Below are positions 1-14,225 of a DNA stretch of 64,000 nucleotides, piece after piece. The DNA is taken from assembly GCA_030390025.1 (NCBI GenBank), contig CM059432.1, positions 52,144,001 through 52,208,000 on the forward strand, given 5' to 3'. The notes below the pieces were generated by a model that had not been told where the DNA came from, ran no database searches, and saw only the letters and a program-made list of their open reading frames with translations. Within the stretch, counting starts at the first letter, position 1, and every line of letters starts with the position of its first letter. Origin of the DNA: Squalus acanthias (Eukaryota). A program made the translations under genes and the position numbers.

Positions 1-470
1 GTATAGGCTCAGTCTACTCAATCTCTCCTCATAAGACAGCCCTCTCATCCCAGGAATCAATCTAGTGAACCTTCATTGCCCTGTCTCTAAGCCAAGTATA
101 TCCTTCCTCAGATAAGGAGACCAAAACTGTGCACAGTACTCCAGGTGTGATCTCACCAAAGCCCTGTACAATTGTAGCCAGACTTCCTTGCTCTTGTACT
201 CCAACCCCCTTGCAATAAAGGCCGACATGCCATTTGACTTCCTAATTGCTTGCTGTACCTGCATGCTAACTCTCTGTGTTACCTGTATGAGGACACCTAC
301 ATCTCTCTGAACACCAACATTTAATAGTTTCTCACCATTTAAAAAATATTCTGTTTTTCTATTCTTCCTACCAAAGTGAATAACCTCACATTTCCCCACA
401 TTATACTCCATCTGCCACCTTATTGCCTACTCACTTAACCTGTCTCTATCCCTTTGCAGCTTTTTTGTGT
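1..470 (-). mobile_element. CR1 LINE ORF2 fragment (outer element; continues at 3231-3390 beyond a nested CR1)
   Basis: ORF 73-411 reads KCEVIHFGRKN...YRALVRSHLEYCAQFWSPY, typical of the CR1 RT C-terminus. The sequence resumes at ~3231 with [26 protein letters not shown]. Confidence 0.85.
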
Positions 471-3230
471 CATAGAGTCATAACGGCACAGAAGGAGGCC
501 ATTCGGCCCATCGAGTCCGTGCAGGCTCTCTGTAGAGCAATCCAGTCAGTCCCATTCCCCCGCTCTATCCCCGTAGCCCTGCAAGTTTATTTCCCTCAAG
601 TGCCTATCCAGTCTCCGCTTGAAAAATTTGAGGGGGAGAAATTCAGTATCGCCCCCTTTGGGGCGCAAAGTTTAGCGCCTGCCGCTAATTATCGCCTCCG
701 ACTGCAAACTTGGCTTCTATCGCTCCTGGAGGTGATTTGAGCGCTAAATCAGGCGCTGCCTCAGAGCACTAGCGAAGCTCATGTGATGTCAGTGAGCAAT
801 GGAACACAGACACACTGGCGCCGGCCAGTTCTTAAAGGGGAGGGTCGATCTTGCTCTCCAGCCACACCCTGCTCATTGCAGCCTTGAATCTCAACCTGGA
901 GAGACCTGTACATCAATTCTGCTGGAAAGAACAATGGAGAGGCCCAGGGAAAGAGCTCGGAGTGCAGCCCCCATAGTCTTCTAAATCGACGCAAGGAAGG
1001 TCAAATCAAAATGAACCTGCAAAGTGCTGCTCAGTACCCAAAACTCCTTCACATAGCGTTGTATCTCTCCAGAAGTCTCTCTCTCTCAGAATGCGTGGTG
1101 CAAAAATGTCGCCGACAAAAAAAGGTAGGAAGCGGCCGCCTTTAAATAGCACTCCCCCAGTCCCTTCCCGACTGCAAAATGTTCCCCTCTACCTGTCGTT
1201 GCTAGCGGCAGGCGGAAAGGCAGGGGGCGCCACTCAATATCCGATCCGGGGCACTACTGGGGCGTTGCATGCTCGACTGACGTCATGATCTGCGGGCGCA
1301 GGAGATAGTGGCGGGAGTGTTTAGCAGCGCCGCAAAATGTCTGGTCAATTTCACGAGTGGCGCAAACATCGCCGCGCCTGGGCTAGTTGCTTTGTGCCCT
1401 GTTAGCGCCCGGAGGCGCTAATCAACCGAATTTTTCCCCGAGTGTCTCCGCTTCCACCACTTCCTCGGCAGCAAGTTCCAGGTCCTCACCACTCGCTGCA
1501 TAAAAAAGTCTTTCCTCACGTCCCCCCTGTATCTCTTACCCAATACCTTAAATCTGTGTCCCCTAGTCCTTGTACCATCAACTCGTGGGAACAGCCTTTC
1601 CCCGTCTAGCTATCCAAACCCGTCATAATCTTGTACACCTCTATCAAGTCACCTCTCAACCTCCTTTGCTCTAATGAAAACAAATCCAGCTTCTCCAACC
1701 TGTCCTTGTAGCTAAGATCCCCTTTTCCCGGAACCATTCTGGTAAATCTCCTCTGCACCCTCTCAAGTGCCTTCACATCCTTCCTAAAGTGTGGTGACCA
1801 GAACTGGACGCAATACTCCAGTTGTGGCCTAACCAGCGCTTTATAAAGGTTCAGCATAACTTCTCTACTTTTGTACTCAACACCTCTGTTTATGAAGCCC
1901 AAGATCCCATATGCTTTGCTAACCACTCTCTCAATATGTCCTGCCACCTTCAGGGACCTATGCACATTAACTCCCAGGTCCCTCTGTCCCTGCCTACTCT
2001 TTAAAACTGTACCATTAAGTGTATATTGCCTCTCCCTGTTCCTTCTGTCAAAATGCATCACCTCACACTTCTCTGTATTAAATTCCATCTGCCACTTGTC
2101 TTGCCCATTCTGCTAGCCTTTCTATGTCCTGCTGCAGTCGATTGGTATCATCCTCACTGTTTGCCACACCCCCAAGTTTGGTGTCATCGGCAAATTTAGA
2201 AATTCTACTCTGTATTCCAATATCCAGGTCATTTATATATATCAAAAAAGGAATTGGCCCCAGCACAGACCCTTGGGGAACACCACTGTCTACCATTCTC
2301 CAGTCTGAAAAACAGCCATTTACCACAACTCACTGTTTTCTGTCCTTAAGCCAATTCCTTATCCAAGCTGCCACTGACCCACCTATTCCATGAGCCTCAA
2401 TTTTGTTAACCAGCCTTCTATGTGGCACTTTGTCAAATGCCTTCCTAAAATCCATGTAGACAACATCCATTGCATTCCCTTCATCAGTCCTCCCTGTTAC
2501 TTCATCAAAAAATTCAATTAGATTAGTCAAACACGATCTGCCTTTTACAAATTTGTGTTGGCTCTCCATAATTAGCTTAAACCTCTCCAAGTGCCCGTTA
2601 ATTTTTCCCTTGATTATTGTTTCTAAAACTTTACCTACCACTGATGTTAAACTGACCAGCCTGTAGTTACTAGGATTGTCCTTGCACCCTTTCTTGAACA
2701 ATGGTGTCACATTTGCCACTTTCCAATCCTCAGGCACCTCCCCCACATCTAGGGAAGATTGGAAAATTATGGCAAGCTCTTCCGCTATCTCCTCCCCCAA
2801 TTCCCTTAGCAACCTGGGTTGCAAGCCATCTGGACCAGGCGACTTATCCACTCTAAGCATACCCAGCCTTTCTAGTACATCCTGTCTATCAATTTTCACC
2901 CCTTTCATTGCTTCTACCTTTTCCACTTCTACCAATATTTTGTCAGCATCCACCTCCTTAGTAAACACCGATAAAAAGTACTCGTTGAGTATTCTAGCCT
3001 TGCCCTGCGCCTCTAAGCATATATCACCTTCTTTGTCCCTAATAGGCCCCACCCCGCTTCTTACTACCCGCTTACTGTTTACATGCCGGTAGAAGATTTT
3101 TGGGTTCCCTTTTATGTTAACCGCCATTCTACTCTCATATTCTCTCTTTGCCAATCTTATTTTCATCTTCACTTCCCCTCTCAACTTATCGTATTTGGTC
3201 TGGTTCTCCCTTGAAGAATTCACCTGACAT
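471..3230 (-). mobile_element. 5'-truncated CR1 LINE (RT domain to 3' tail) nested in another CR1 and interrupted by a MITE
   Basis: ORFs 2330-3364, 2078-2326 and 1606-2088 contain [36 protein letters not shown] and FADDTKL. The CR1 3' tail (catagagtc...ggccattcggccc) is at 471. The ORF is broken by a stop and a frameshift. Confidence 0.9.
633..1439. mobile_element. Harbinger-type non-autonomous element/MITE (family B)
   Basis: TIRs ggggagaaatt / aatttttcccc, 3-bp TSD GAG (630-632, 1440-1442), GC-rich subterminal gcgcc motifs. Related copies at ~30309-31084 and ~50540-51188. Confidence 0.75.
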
Positions 3231-4346
3231 ACATCCTCACAGCTTACTTTCCCACCTAGCTTTGTATTGTCATCAAACTTGGATACATTACACTCAGTCC
3301 CTTCATCTAAGTCTTTAATATAGATTGTGAATAGCTGAGGCCCCAGCACTGATCCTTGCGGCACCGACTAGTTACAGCCTGCCAACCTGGATTGCTGAAA
3401 AACAATGGGCTGGATCTTCCTCTGTGATCCTGCCTGAAATGCGGCAGTATTGTGGCGGAGGATGAGGCAAACTTCTGGCAGTAAAGCATACTGCCGCCTC
3501 ACCACTCCAACCCTGTTTTCCTGCGCTGCCCCCATTGGCACCGTCCCCTGCCCATTTCCTTCCCGCCTGCCCCAGTTACTGCTGCTTCCTCAGACCTCCA
3601 TGTAGACCTAGTATAGTGCCAGTAGTGATCCAAAGCTCAAGGAATGTAAGGAGAAGGCCTAGTATAGGCCTCCATTCACTTAGCTGTGAGCGTCTTGGTC
3701 TCTGGCACGGCCTTTAAGGCTGAGGTTCCGTTGATTTTCGGTGCTCTTTTGCTTCTTTAAATGCCCAGCCATCTCTTCATTGGCTGTAAAGCGCATTGGG
3801 ACGTCCTGAGATCGTGAATGGCACTATATAAATGCAAGTCTTTTTTTTTAATCTCTTCTCGTGGTGCAGGGGTGGCCCCATTGCAGCACTACCGAGATTG
3901 TGTGGTCGGCACTGTCGGGGCTCCCTCTTGGGAATACCTTCGGGAGCCTGCCTTGCATCAATAATAATCCTCGACCAAGGAAATGGGCTAGGGCTTGGGT
4001 AGGGTCAGAGGGGCGGGAGAATCTCGCCCAATGTGTCAAAGCACAGGTCAAATGACAGTATTTTCCATTCATGCTGCTTCGCCATTTAATCATCTTGGAT
4101 CCAAAGGAGTGCATGATATGGTTCTTTTGTGCCTCTATAAATGGGCAGTATCAAGAAAAGCCAACTAATAGTGAGTTTCCAAAAGTTAAAAGTACCAGGT
4201 ACAGCTTCACATTTAATTTTGCAACCTCTTTAGACAGCAGCGACAGTGATAGCCACTATCTACCTAACAGGTCCAAAAGTCCTTCTGTTCCTCCCCATCA
4301 CAGTGGAACAATGGTTTTACCAGCCTTTACTGGTATAAACACTAAA

Positions 4347-5038
4347 GGGCTAGATTTTCATTGACCCGTGGAGGCGGGTTTGGAGGCGTGTGGGGGGTTA
4401 AAATTGCGAAAACTGGCGGGTGGGCACAAGTCCGCCTCCATCCCGCCTCCATGCAATTTTCATTAAATCGTGTCTGCTGGTCCCGACTCCGTCCCGCCTT
4501 TAAGAGGCGGGATAGGTTGTTAAGGCCCTTAACAAGCACTAAATTGGCTCTATAATGCCATTTTGAAAGGCCTTTGTGATTTTAACCCTTGTTATACGTG
4601 AAGCACGCCTGTTCTGAACCACGCTTGTGAAACCTGGCGGGAGCACATTTGGATATGGATAGTTGACGCTGGCTGGCTAGCTAGCTAGCTATGGGGATGG
4701 ATGTATATATGGATGGATGGAGAGGAGACATATCTGGGAGTGGTGGTGTAAAAATATCTGGGCGCAGACTTAGGACTGCTGCTGCTCATTTTGCAGGTCC
4801 TCTCACAGCAAAGGCCAGGCAGTGTTTGAAGACCTTCAATGCAGCAGCAATGATGACATCATCAGAGGTGACTTTCAGACTGAAAACACTAATTGGTTCA
4901 TGGGTTCCCACATGCTGGAACTCAATTGCCCAATTAGGTGAAAATTGCATCCATCTCCCACATCCAATTGCAGTCGGGTGGATAACATGAAAAGTGGATG
5001 ACACGACCCCAACCCGCCCCAGTATCAAAATCCAGCCC
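4347..5038. mobile_element. Harbinger-type MITE (family A), ~690 bp
   Basis: TIRs gggctagatttt / aaaatccagccc. A closely similar inverted copy lies at 55995-57666. Confidence 0.8.
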
Positions 5039-5884
5039 TCACTGATATTTCCTCTGTAGCTTTTTAAAGTTACTGGGGAGGGAAAAAATTAAAATAATGG
5101 AAAGTTTGCCCAGAGACATCTCTGATCTCATAGGCAGTTACCAAAACTGGATGCAGAAGACAGTAATTCAAGCATTTCATCAACAGCCTAATAATTTAAA
5201 GTAATTTTTGCACAAAAACCATTTGAATTATCCAGTTATTTGAATGAACCAGTGTAATTAAAATGGCAACATTGAAAAAGTGCAAAAATAATTTGAATTA
5301 TCCAGTCATATCTGTCTATACATATGACAAGAGCTGGAAAAGGTAGTGACGATCAAACACTCGGGTATAAATTCTGTCCAGTTGTGTAAAAATAGTGCAC
5401 ATAGGCATGTATGAGAGTGTTAAGTGTTCACACATGAACTACATTGATCAGAATTTCTACCCTACTATCTCACTCAGTAACAAGTGAGAAAGCCTTTAGT
5501 CCATGTCTCAGAACATTTCTTTCCCACAGAAATGCAAAACCAAGGTTAAATGCAAACTCTCTCAACAGCTCAGCTGGTATCATACTTGGTAGTGACTGGT
5601 AGAGAAAAATATTCAGGACTGTGATCAGGTACAATAACATTTGTATATATGTGTGAATATTTACCAGAAAAACTTTGCTGTAGGGCTCACAACCATTGCC
5701 ACAGCAACTTTGCTGACTGGATTATTTATTGTATGTTCATATATCCATATGTTCATTATTTAAATGGAAATTCTACCAATTTGTCTTGTAGAAGCTGAGA
5801 AAGATAAAGAATGAGAAAAAAGACAGAGATACAAATATAACATCAAGGGAAAGTGTGTTAGACCCACATAGACAGCAATCCATA

Positions 5885-6330
5885 CCACTTTTAGACTTAA
5901 TTATTCTGGTGCCCTGCTCACTGACCTCCATCTTCTGTAAACTCCAACTCGTCTAAAACTCCACTGCTGGCATCTGTCCCACACTAAGTCCTGCTCACCC
6001 ATCACTCCTATTCTCACTGACCTACCCAAGCTCAATCTCCCCCAAAACGATGAATTTAAAATCTTCTTTCTTTTCTACAGATCCCTCAATGGTCACACCC
6101 CACCATACCACCACAACATCTACCAGCCTCACCTCCCCTCTCATTCCTTTGATCCTCTGACTCTGGCCTTCTGTGCACCCCTCTCACTCTGTTCAATGAT
6201 TGGTGGCAGAGTCTTCAGGTGCCTCAGCCCTATCCTCTGGAACTCCTCCCTAAACCCCTCCACCTGTCTTTCTACCTACAAAGCCTTCTTAAACATTTCT
6301 TTTCAATCAGGCTTTCAATTGCCTCTCCTA
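5885..6330 (+). mobile_element. Degenerate L2-type LINE 3' fragment
   Basis: aaactccaactcgtctaaaactc...cccatcactcctattctcactgaccta...tttaaaatcttc...ctctggaactccctccc resembles the L2 ORF2 3' end. Confidence 0.6.
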
Positions 6331-9300
6331 AAATGTTCCTTTCTCCCTCTTTTCGTCCATAAGGAACACTTGGCTCAGTTGGTAGCGCTCCTATCTCTGA
6401 GTTATAATATTGTGGGTTCAAGCCCCACTCCAGAGACAGCTGCAGAATGTCACAGAATATGTCCCTTTACAGATGTTGCATTGGAGATGCTTTTCCAAGT
6501 ATTGCAGGAAAGGAGGGTTTCCCTGTTTGCTTCTCCAGGGGTACCCTCTCCACATGAGAAGTATGTTCAGCTTGGGAGGAAGTGGTATATGAGTGTGGAA
6601 CACCCCAAGGACAAGGCAACAATAGAGGAACAAGTTTAAAACACTTAAGAATTCTATCAATGTAGGGCAAGCTAATCTTTTTTCATATGAACTGGTTTGG
6701 CAAAGTATGCATGCCACTATTTCCTATTAATGTGTTACACCATGACTAAGGCTACATTCTAGGTCCCAGGTGCCCTATTGCAATATGTGCATGTGAAGCT
6801 TTATCAAAGCACATTCACATAATGCAGCAGGGCACCCCTTTACTATCATTTAAAATGGAAACTATTCTGCATTTGCACAAAGCAAGCTTGCAACATAACC
6901 TAGGTGCATAACACTTGGGTCTCTCCTTCTCCTCTTCAAGCTCCCAACATTTCAACACTATTTGTCTGCTTGCCAGATAAGGTGACACATAACAGACGGG
7001 AACAAAACTGAACAGAAGAGCTTGTAATTTTATAGCCTTAAGTTCCTTTGAACAGGTCTTGCCGGACATTCTGGTTCTGAAGAAATTTGAGGGATTGGAC
7101 AAAGGTAAAATCTGGAAACCACCCTGAAGCTGAAGGCTAGTATCATCTTTTATCAGTTATTCTTTCCCCGCTCGCTCACATGCATGCACTCCATCTTGAT
7201 ACAAACTCTCGCAATGTAAGCACTATTTGATGGGGTGCATTGCAGCCAACATTCTCACTTACGTCCCTCTTCTGTTACTGTAGATGGCCTCCAAGAACCA
7301 GCCTGGACTGTCCGAGATGGCCAGCATCTCACAGCACCCTAGATCAAGCACTTCACCCATAGCAAGCACCAGCTCAGTTACATCTACCTCAGGAGATCTA
7401 GGCAATCGGTTCAGGAGAGTGCAACAGTGAATCACGAAGCATGAATGAGCAGAAGTATGGCAAAAAAAAGAAGCAGAAATTGTGTTTGTCCTGAACTACA
7501 GAGCCTCAGGGATTAGACATCACAGGACCTGCTTATAAAGGAAGGACGCTATCGGTGCACTCAATGTTTATTGCTGACATTAGTGATTGTGGAGAGCCCA
7601 AAATCCTGCCGACCAGGTAGTGATTCCCACAGAGTTGGGGCAGGAGTCTTATCTCCAACATGGTAATGAGGCCCAGGAGTTAAAATCTCTCGGGGCCTTG
7701 CGTGGCACCATCATGCGTGCTTGTCACTCGCCCCATCCTCCACACAGCACACTCATGCCCCGAGTTAAAATTGGGACTCAAGTTTACAGTTTTACATGTA
7801 ATGACATCATCTCTACAGCCAACCATCCATTGCTGTCAGTCATGACACCTTGTGGCAAAAATGAAAAACTGTAAAACCATAAAAAGAAGTATGTAATATT
7901 AAGCTTACATCAACTAAAATAACAGCTGTCTGAAATGAGTTATAAGTCTATAAGATAATAGAGAAACTTATTTAAAAAATTAATGTTTTTTAAAAGTTTG
8001 TCCATCTTTATTTCAGGTTTGCCTTTTCCCCATGTGAGAGCCCCAATCTTTGTTCTGCTCTCTCTAACACTTTTTAAAAATTATAATTTTAAGAGCTTAC
8101 TCACTTCCTTGTTCGCTGTCTGTGAGAATTCTGCGTTTTGATTGGCTGCTTAGACAGCTTGTTGACGTCACAGCAGTTCGCACAAGGGAATCCCCACTAT
8201 ACTTCGTTGATTTGAATTGAATGTCGGAAAACCTGAAGTTCTCGACAAGATCCTTGTCCGAAGCATACTTTGGGGCCAGCGGCGAACGCCTTCACTTCGC
8301 CACTGACCTGCAAATTCCAGGCCAATGTCGTCTCCAGCTAGCAATATCTTACTGCCTCGTGAGACACTACAAATTGTCTTTTCTGAGGTATAGTAGGTGA
8401 TTACTTATGGGACCCACTACAATTTGTTTAAAAGTGCTGTGTACAGTACATTGCATATAAATTCACACTTTAAAGTAAAATGGGTTAGTGTACTCTATAA
8501 AAATTATTTAAGGAGAATTTTTATTACTTTCTGTAATAAGTCAAAACAAAAGGCACTTTTGTTAAGCATTTACCTTGCCTTTAGTAGGGCCATTTTTAAT
8601 TGTAATGCAGCTGTTTTTTGTTACTTGCCTCATGGCTGAGTAATTGATGTGTTTCAAAGGCAGCTGTAAAGCCTATCCTCCAGCAGTAGCGGCTCCCTTG
8701 ATGTTTGTTCTACAAACAACCATTTGCGGATTAGTGAAGTGAGTTGATAAAATGCCTATAAAATGGGAGGGGGAAATTCTATGACAAGGTTGCTAAACAA
8801 CACCATAATGGTTGATCCGCTTGGTATCTGTTACAAACTACTGTACAATGCAGGAATAGGAATTTTTTTCCACCACCTGCAATTCTGAGATCATGTGGGT
8901 AGCAGACCATTGAAGATTTTGAAAACAAATCCTGACTTTCTACCCCCAAGTTATTTCCTGCTCTGTGACTCAACAGTGGGAGTGGTAGTGCGAATACTTT
9001 CTTGTGTAATTTGTCAACTTTGGTGCTTGCCGTCAAGGCTGTCTGGAAGTTGAGGGTCACTGGCGTTTCAAAGTTGTGCTGTGCGTCTGGCAGAAAACAA
9101 ACAGAAACCGAAGAAAAGCTTTACTGTTTCTCCTCTTAACTGCTGGAGCATACCATGGGAAATCATTGATACAAATTCTGCACATCTTTCTGTGCTCCGA
9201 GAAGCCACCCAAGTCAAATTCTTGAAATGCCTGGCCTTGTTACAGGTGTCTGTGGCTGCACCCTGTTGTTAAAAAGGCCGTTGTTAAAATGCATCGCTGC

Positions 9301-10863
9301 GTCGTTTAGTAGGATTGGCACTGCAAAATCACCATAGCGATTTTCTAACAGATGTTAGAAGAAAATTAAAAGAGAACTTAGAGGTCAAAATAAATAAAAC
9401 TCTCTGCATGTCTGCGTATATTATACTATCCTATTGGAGTTCACAGCAGCTTTATGTTTGCACAGAGTGAGAAACAAAGTTCAAGTTACTTGATGCTTGA
9501 CTGTAATTAAAGCATAGGGCATTCAGATCTTCTACAGTATCACTTTAGAGCCTTGCTTCAAGTGCGAAACCAGAATCCACATGGGTTTGACTTACCCATT
9601 TCTGTTGCTTTGGAGCATAGCCAGGCCCATCTGTCTATATTCCAGCCTTTGTCTGGTGAACAAACAAGTCAACTTGGAAAAGTGCAGCTAAGGAAAAGCC
9701 GATTGCCTGCTTCAGGTTGTCCTCAGGAAACTTTTTTGGTAGTTTAACTGATACAGCAATTACTATAATTAGGAGTTAATGGGAACATCAATCTATGAAA
9801 AGGAAATAGAATTTTTTTTAGAGGTGTTTTTTAAAATCCTCCCCCAATTTTTGCCCCGTTATAAAGCGGGTTGGCAGGCCTGTGCATTTTCAGACAAGTA
9901 TACTTTTTGCATAAAGAAAAGTGTGGATGGGCAGCTGAATTTATGTGATGAGAAGCATAGAGATTAATATGCAAGTGTTACTGAATTGAGACAGATTAGA
10001 AAATAACTTCTTGATCCTAAATCATCTCTTGGGTCTTGTTTGTGGATTTTCCCATTACCTAGTGGGAGCAATAGCTGGTGTTTGTTGCTTGTGTCTTCTT
10101 ATTGACTAGGTACTAACATCTGTCATTGGCTCAAGTAGGGAACAAAAACGTATCATTGCTGCAAACAACCATTTGTTATCACGAATAATCCTTTGTCCCG
10201 TATAATGTGTAGAAAATAAGCCACATCAATAGTACTGTAATTTAAGGGAACTGCTCCTCCAAGCCACTGGATACTTAATATTATGGAACACTTTATAAAC
10301 CTGTCTAAGTGCAGTATTGCCAAGATCAGACCATTAGAAACAGTGAGGTATTTTTGTGTGTTTTGTTTTTGATGGGGGAAGGGAAATGTGGCATTGATTT
10401 CAAACCAACTGAAATTAATTGAGATGAGGTTATTTTTTCCAGTGAGGAATGCAGAACGGTTTACTTTTCTTACACATACACCCACGTACACAAGACGTAC
10501 ACCAGCATTAGCTGTCACTGGGAATAAGGGGAATTTGACAGGGTTGTAAGTGTGCAGGTTTGTTTTAAGCAGGGCGAGGCAGCCCACATGGTTTCTAGTT
10601 ATAAAAAGCCTGGGGTGGTTTACTGACATGTTGCTTTTAATGTCTGAGCTTATCTGAAGGGAGTAACAGCTCACACAATACAAAGACCTGTAATAACTTG
10701 TCTCAGACTGCAGCTGTTCAATCTAGCTCTGGGACCTAGAAACGAATTGAGGCTTTGTATGTTTTATTGAATAACACACAGCCATGTCTGTGTGTGGCCA
10801 GCATGATCAGGTATGGTTCTCATTTTCAGCACGTGGATAGAGTCCCTTAAGTCAGTATCTATA

Positions 10864-11319
10864 GGGTCACTTTTAACCCTGCCCACATAGCGGAACAGCG
10901 GGAATGGTGCGGGCGGGGGTTAAGATGGCAGGGGCATTGCGCCGCGTTCCTGCCTCCAACCATCTTAACTGACCTTAGATCAGGCACTGGAGAACCACCC
11001 GCCCCAGGCAGGCGGGGGCCTACTTTACGTGCAAAAGCTGCGGCCCGATTACATCATTAGCACCGCAACCCCATTTTAGCTAAATCCCATGTGTTCCCGG
11101 CATCCTCAAACTCCTGACCCAATTTCCATTCCAGGCCGCCAGACCCGACGTCACTCCTGCCAGTTTCAGGAGGAAACAGTGTTGCATCAATTAAATGAGG
11201 CCCGGGAGTTAAAATGGTCTGGGCCTCATGCTGAACTATACGTGGGGGGTTACCTCCCACCACACCTATCCCCCACCCCTCCCCCCGGCCCTGAACATGT
11301 CACAAGTTAAAATCAACCC
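10864..11319. mobile_element. GC-rich MITE with imperfect TIRs
   Basis: Ends gggtcacttttaac / gttaaaatcaaccc. Similar termini occur at ~33652 and ~45610. Confidence 0.55.
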
Positions 11320-12839
11320 TTTTATGTTTGTTGTAAAATTTGTGCTTTAGACAATTTGTGCATGCTAACTCCGGAGAAATATCTGCCCTTTCCTCTGTGA
11401 TCAGATGGAGCTGCTCATGTAAATACTGCAATAATCTACTTCAGTATTTCACATTGTATTAACCGGGCTCTTTAAACTCCTAAAGTGCAGCGGACAGCAA
11501 ATAAGCAATTCTCCTGCAGTTGGCTGCACTTGAAAATCTAAAATGGCTGCCTTATGAACAGTTGCTGAATTTTCCACCTGTGCTGTGGAAAAATAAACGG
11601 GACACAGCACCACTTTCCCAGAACTTCCATAGTAGCGTAACATCGCCCTACAGATCTGGCAAGAAACACTGCAGGAGAGTGCTGGTAGTCTCTACAGTTG
11701 CCTTAAAAAAATCTCTGCGTGATCATATGCAAATTGGCCCATATCAAATCGTGGAAATCAAAGTGGAGCAGTTTACTGACACTAAAGAGAGAATTCTAAC
11801 TCCCTCCACCTGGCGGGAGCCTCATTAATACACACAAATCAGAGTCCTGTGATGTACATAGGGCCAAAAAGGCATTTTAATGGCCTACTGGGCAGAGCGT
11901 CCATCACCCTTGCTCTGCTCAATAAAACCTGTCGCACCAGAAGCGGCGGCGTTCACAGGTAAGTGTAAAAAATTATTTTTGTGGGGCCAGGAAGAGCAGG
12001 AGTGCCGCCCCAGCTACTCCCTTTCCCCACCCCTTCTGTGTTCGTGATACACTTCTGAGTTCCCCCGACTAGTGGGATGTGCACTTGGGATGCTCTCACC
12101 TGTAGGGCTACGGACCAAGAGCTGGGAAGTGGGATTAGGCTGGATAACTCTTGTGTTGGCCGGCGCGGACACGATGGGCCGAAATGGCCTCCTTCCATGC
12201 TGTAACTTTCTATGATTCTATGACTACTTAACTGAGTGGCGGCTGGGCAGCCTCTGAACGCCCATTCTGGGCAGGTAGCTCACCACATCTGTGTTAAAGA
12301 GGCCCGGCTGTGTTGGGCGGGGGGGGCACAGCACAGCCTGTGGAGAAGCAGTGAATGACAGACCGCAACTTCAGGTTTCCGCCTGCGCATGGGCCAAATC
12401 CTGACGTTGCGGTCAGTTTCAAAGGCGGAATGACGGCGAACACTGCCAGTTCGCCGTCACCCGGACCACAAATTCCAGCCCATTAAACTTAGTCCATCTG
12501 TCTGTGCAGGTGAACATAAACGATGAGATGGCACTATTTGAAGAAGGACAGGGAGTTCTCCCGGTGTCCTGGCTAACGTTCATCTCGTAACCAGTACCAC
12601 CAAAAAACAAATTAACTGGTCATTCATCTCATTTGTTGTTTATAGGACCCTGTTGTGTGTGATTTGGTTGCCACATTTGTCTACATAATAACAATGACCA
12701 CACCTAAAAAATAATTCATTGTTGGTAATGTGCTTGAAACATCCTGAGGACATGATAAGGCACAATGTAGATGCTAATAGTTATATGGAGTAGCCTAATT
12801 TGTCTTACAAATAGAGAACATAGTGATGGTCAGGATTAA

Positions 12840-13262
12840 TCATTTTTCTCTCTTTTCACCAGTTTTTCCCCATTCCTTTCCTGAAAGTTTTGCGTCCTTG
12901 TTGAGGTACAGTTCCACAAAAAAGGTTCATCCTCTGATACCTCACTCAAGTGGTCATTATTCATTCACATGTGAGCCTAGACAGCAAGTGTGTCAAGGCT
13001 AATTAACCATGGGGAGCATCACAGCCGAACCTAATCCTGTTCACACTCGTGCACTTCCAGGAGGGGTTACAGGATAGTGATCAGGAGCATGAACCCTACT
13101 CAGTTTTCCCATCTCATCCAGAGGTGATGAGGTCAATTGTACCATCCAAACCATTGTCCTATTTGAGCTCAGCTAAGTCAGCACAAATCTAGGATCAAAC
13201 GTGGGACTTCTTGGTCTGTAAGGCTCAGTTATCCGTTGAATAAACTCACTGAAACCATTGAA
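12840..13262 (-). mobile_element. Old tRNA-derived SINE (unnamed family)
   Basis: Reverse-oriented tRNA-like head at ~13170-13260. The body is shared with fragments at ~29250-29510, 38930-39190, 43530-43670 and 61075-61260 (+). Confidence 0.55.
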
Positions 13263-14225
13263 GAAGCTCCTAAAATTATGATTTTCAAATTTTTTACAAG
13301 TTTTCAGAATCGCTGTGCCAAAGGGCAGCTAGGCATTTTGACATCAGTGGTCTTAATAAAATTAGTGGAGCTTTTTCATAATATCAGCAGCAGTGCCCTT
13401 TCTCCCACCTATCATAAATAAGTTTTCATTTATATGATATCCTAAAGCACCTCACAGTCACTTTTATATAAGTAGATACATCAGCCAATTTGTACACAGC
13501 AAGGTCCACAAAGAGGAAATGAGATGACTGATCAGTTAATCTGCTTCTGGCTGAGGGAAGAAACTCAGGACACCAGGAGAATTCCCTGATCTTCAAATAT
13601 TGCCATGCGATCTTTTTACATCCACCTAAACCAGGAGATGAAGCCTCGGTTTTCTCTGATTCAAAAGAGAGCGGCCTAGATATTCAGCCACTAAACGGTT
13701 GCTTGAGCCTCCGATATGGTGGGTAGGCAGCACACGCTCATTACAAGCCGGAAATGTGCCGCCTGCCATATTGGTAAAGACCAAAAAATCAGCAGGCAGT
13801 GCCCACGCCTGAAACGGGTGTTAGGCCTGTTGTATATGCAAGTAAGGGGCCTGACACCTGTTTGAGGCCTCCACTGCAAGATTGGATTGGCCTCTGGAAA
13901 ACCTGGTCTACATGCAGCCTAACAACTACAAGCTAAAGTGGGGTGTCCACTTGGCACCTGCAGCTCACAGGATTTAGATTTTAGATGTAATACACCTTTA
14001 TCCATAGTTTTTTAAGTGATTTTCAGTGGCACTTTACTGATGCACTGCACCATGCTGCACATTGTGACGTCATGTATGGTCCTGCTTGTTTCTGCCAGTT
14101 GTTGTATTATAGGTTTGAGGTTGGAGCTTAAGGAGTGAGATGATCGAGAAAGTTTTGCAAATTACTCCAAATAATAATTTTAGCTTTCTTATTATGGGAG
14201 ACTGCATACTTACTTACAAGCTTAT

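Noticed and set aside
2676..3092. Long ORFs antisense to LINE ORF2 (also 20979-21383, 21664-22038, 56747-57067)
   Set aside because: Shadow frames of CR1 coding sequence.
10153..10683. 176-aa - strand ORF
   Set aside because: No recognisable domain, a non-ATG start, and no supporting splice structure. It is not HS2ST1 sequence.
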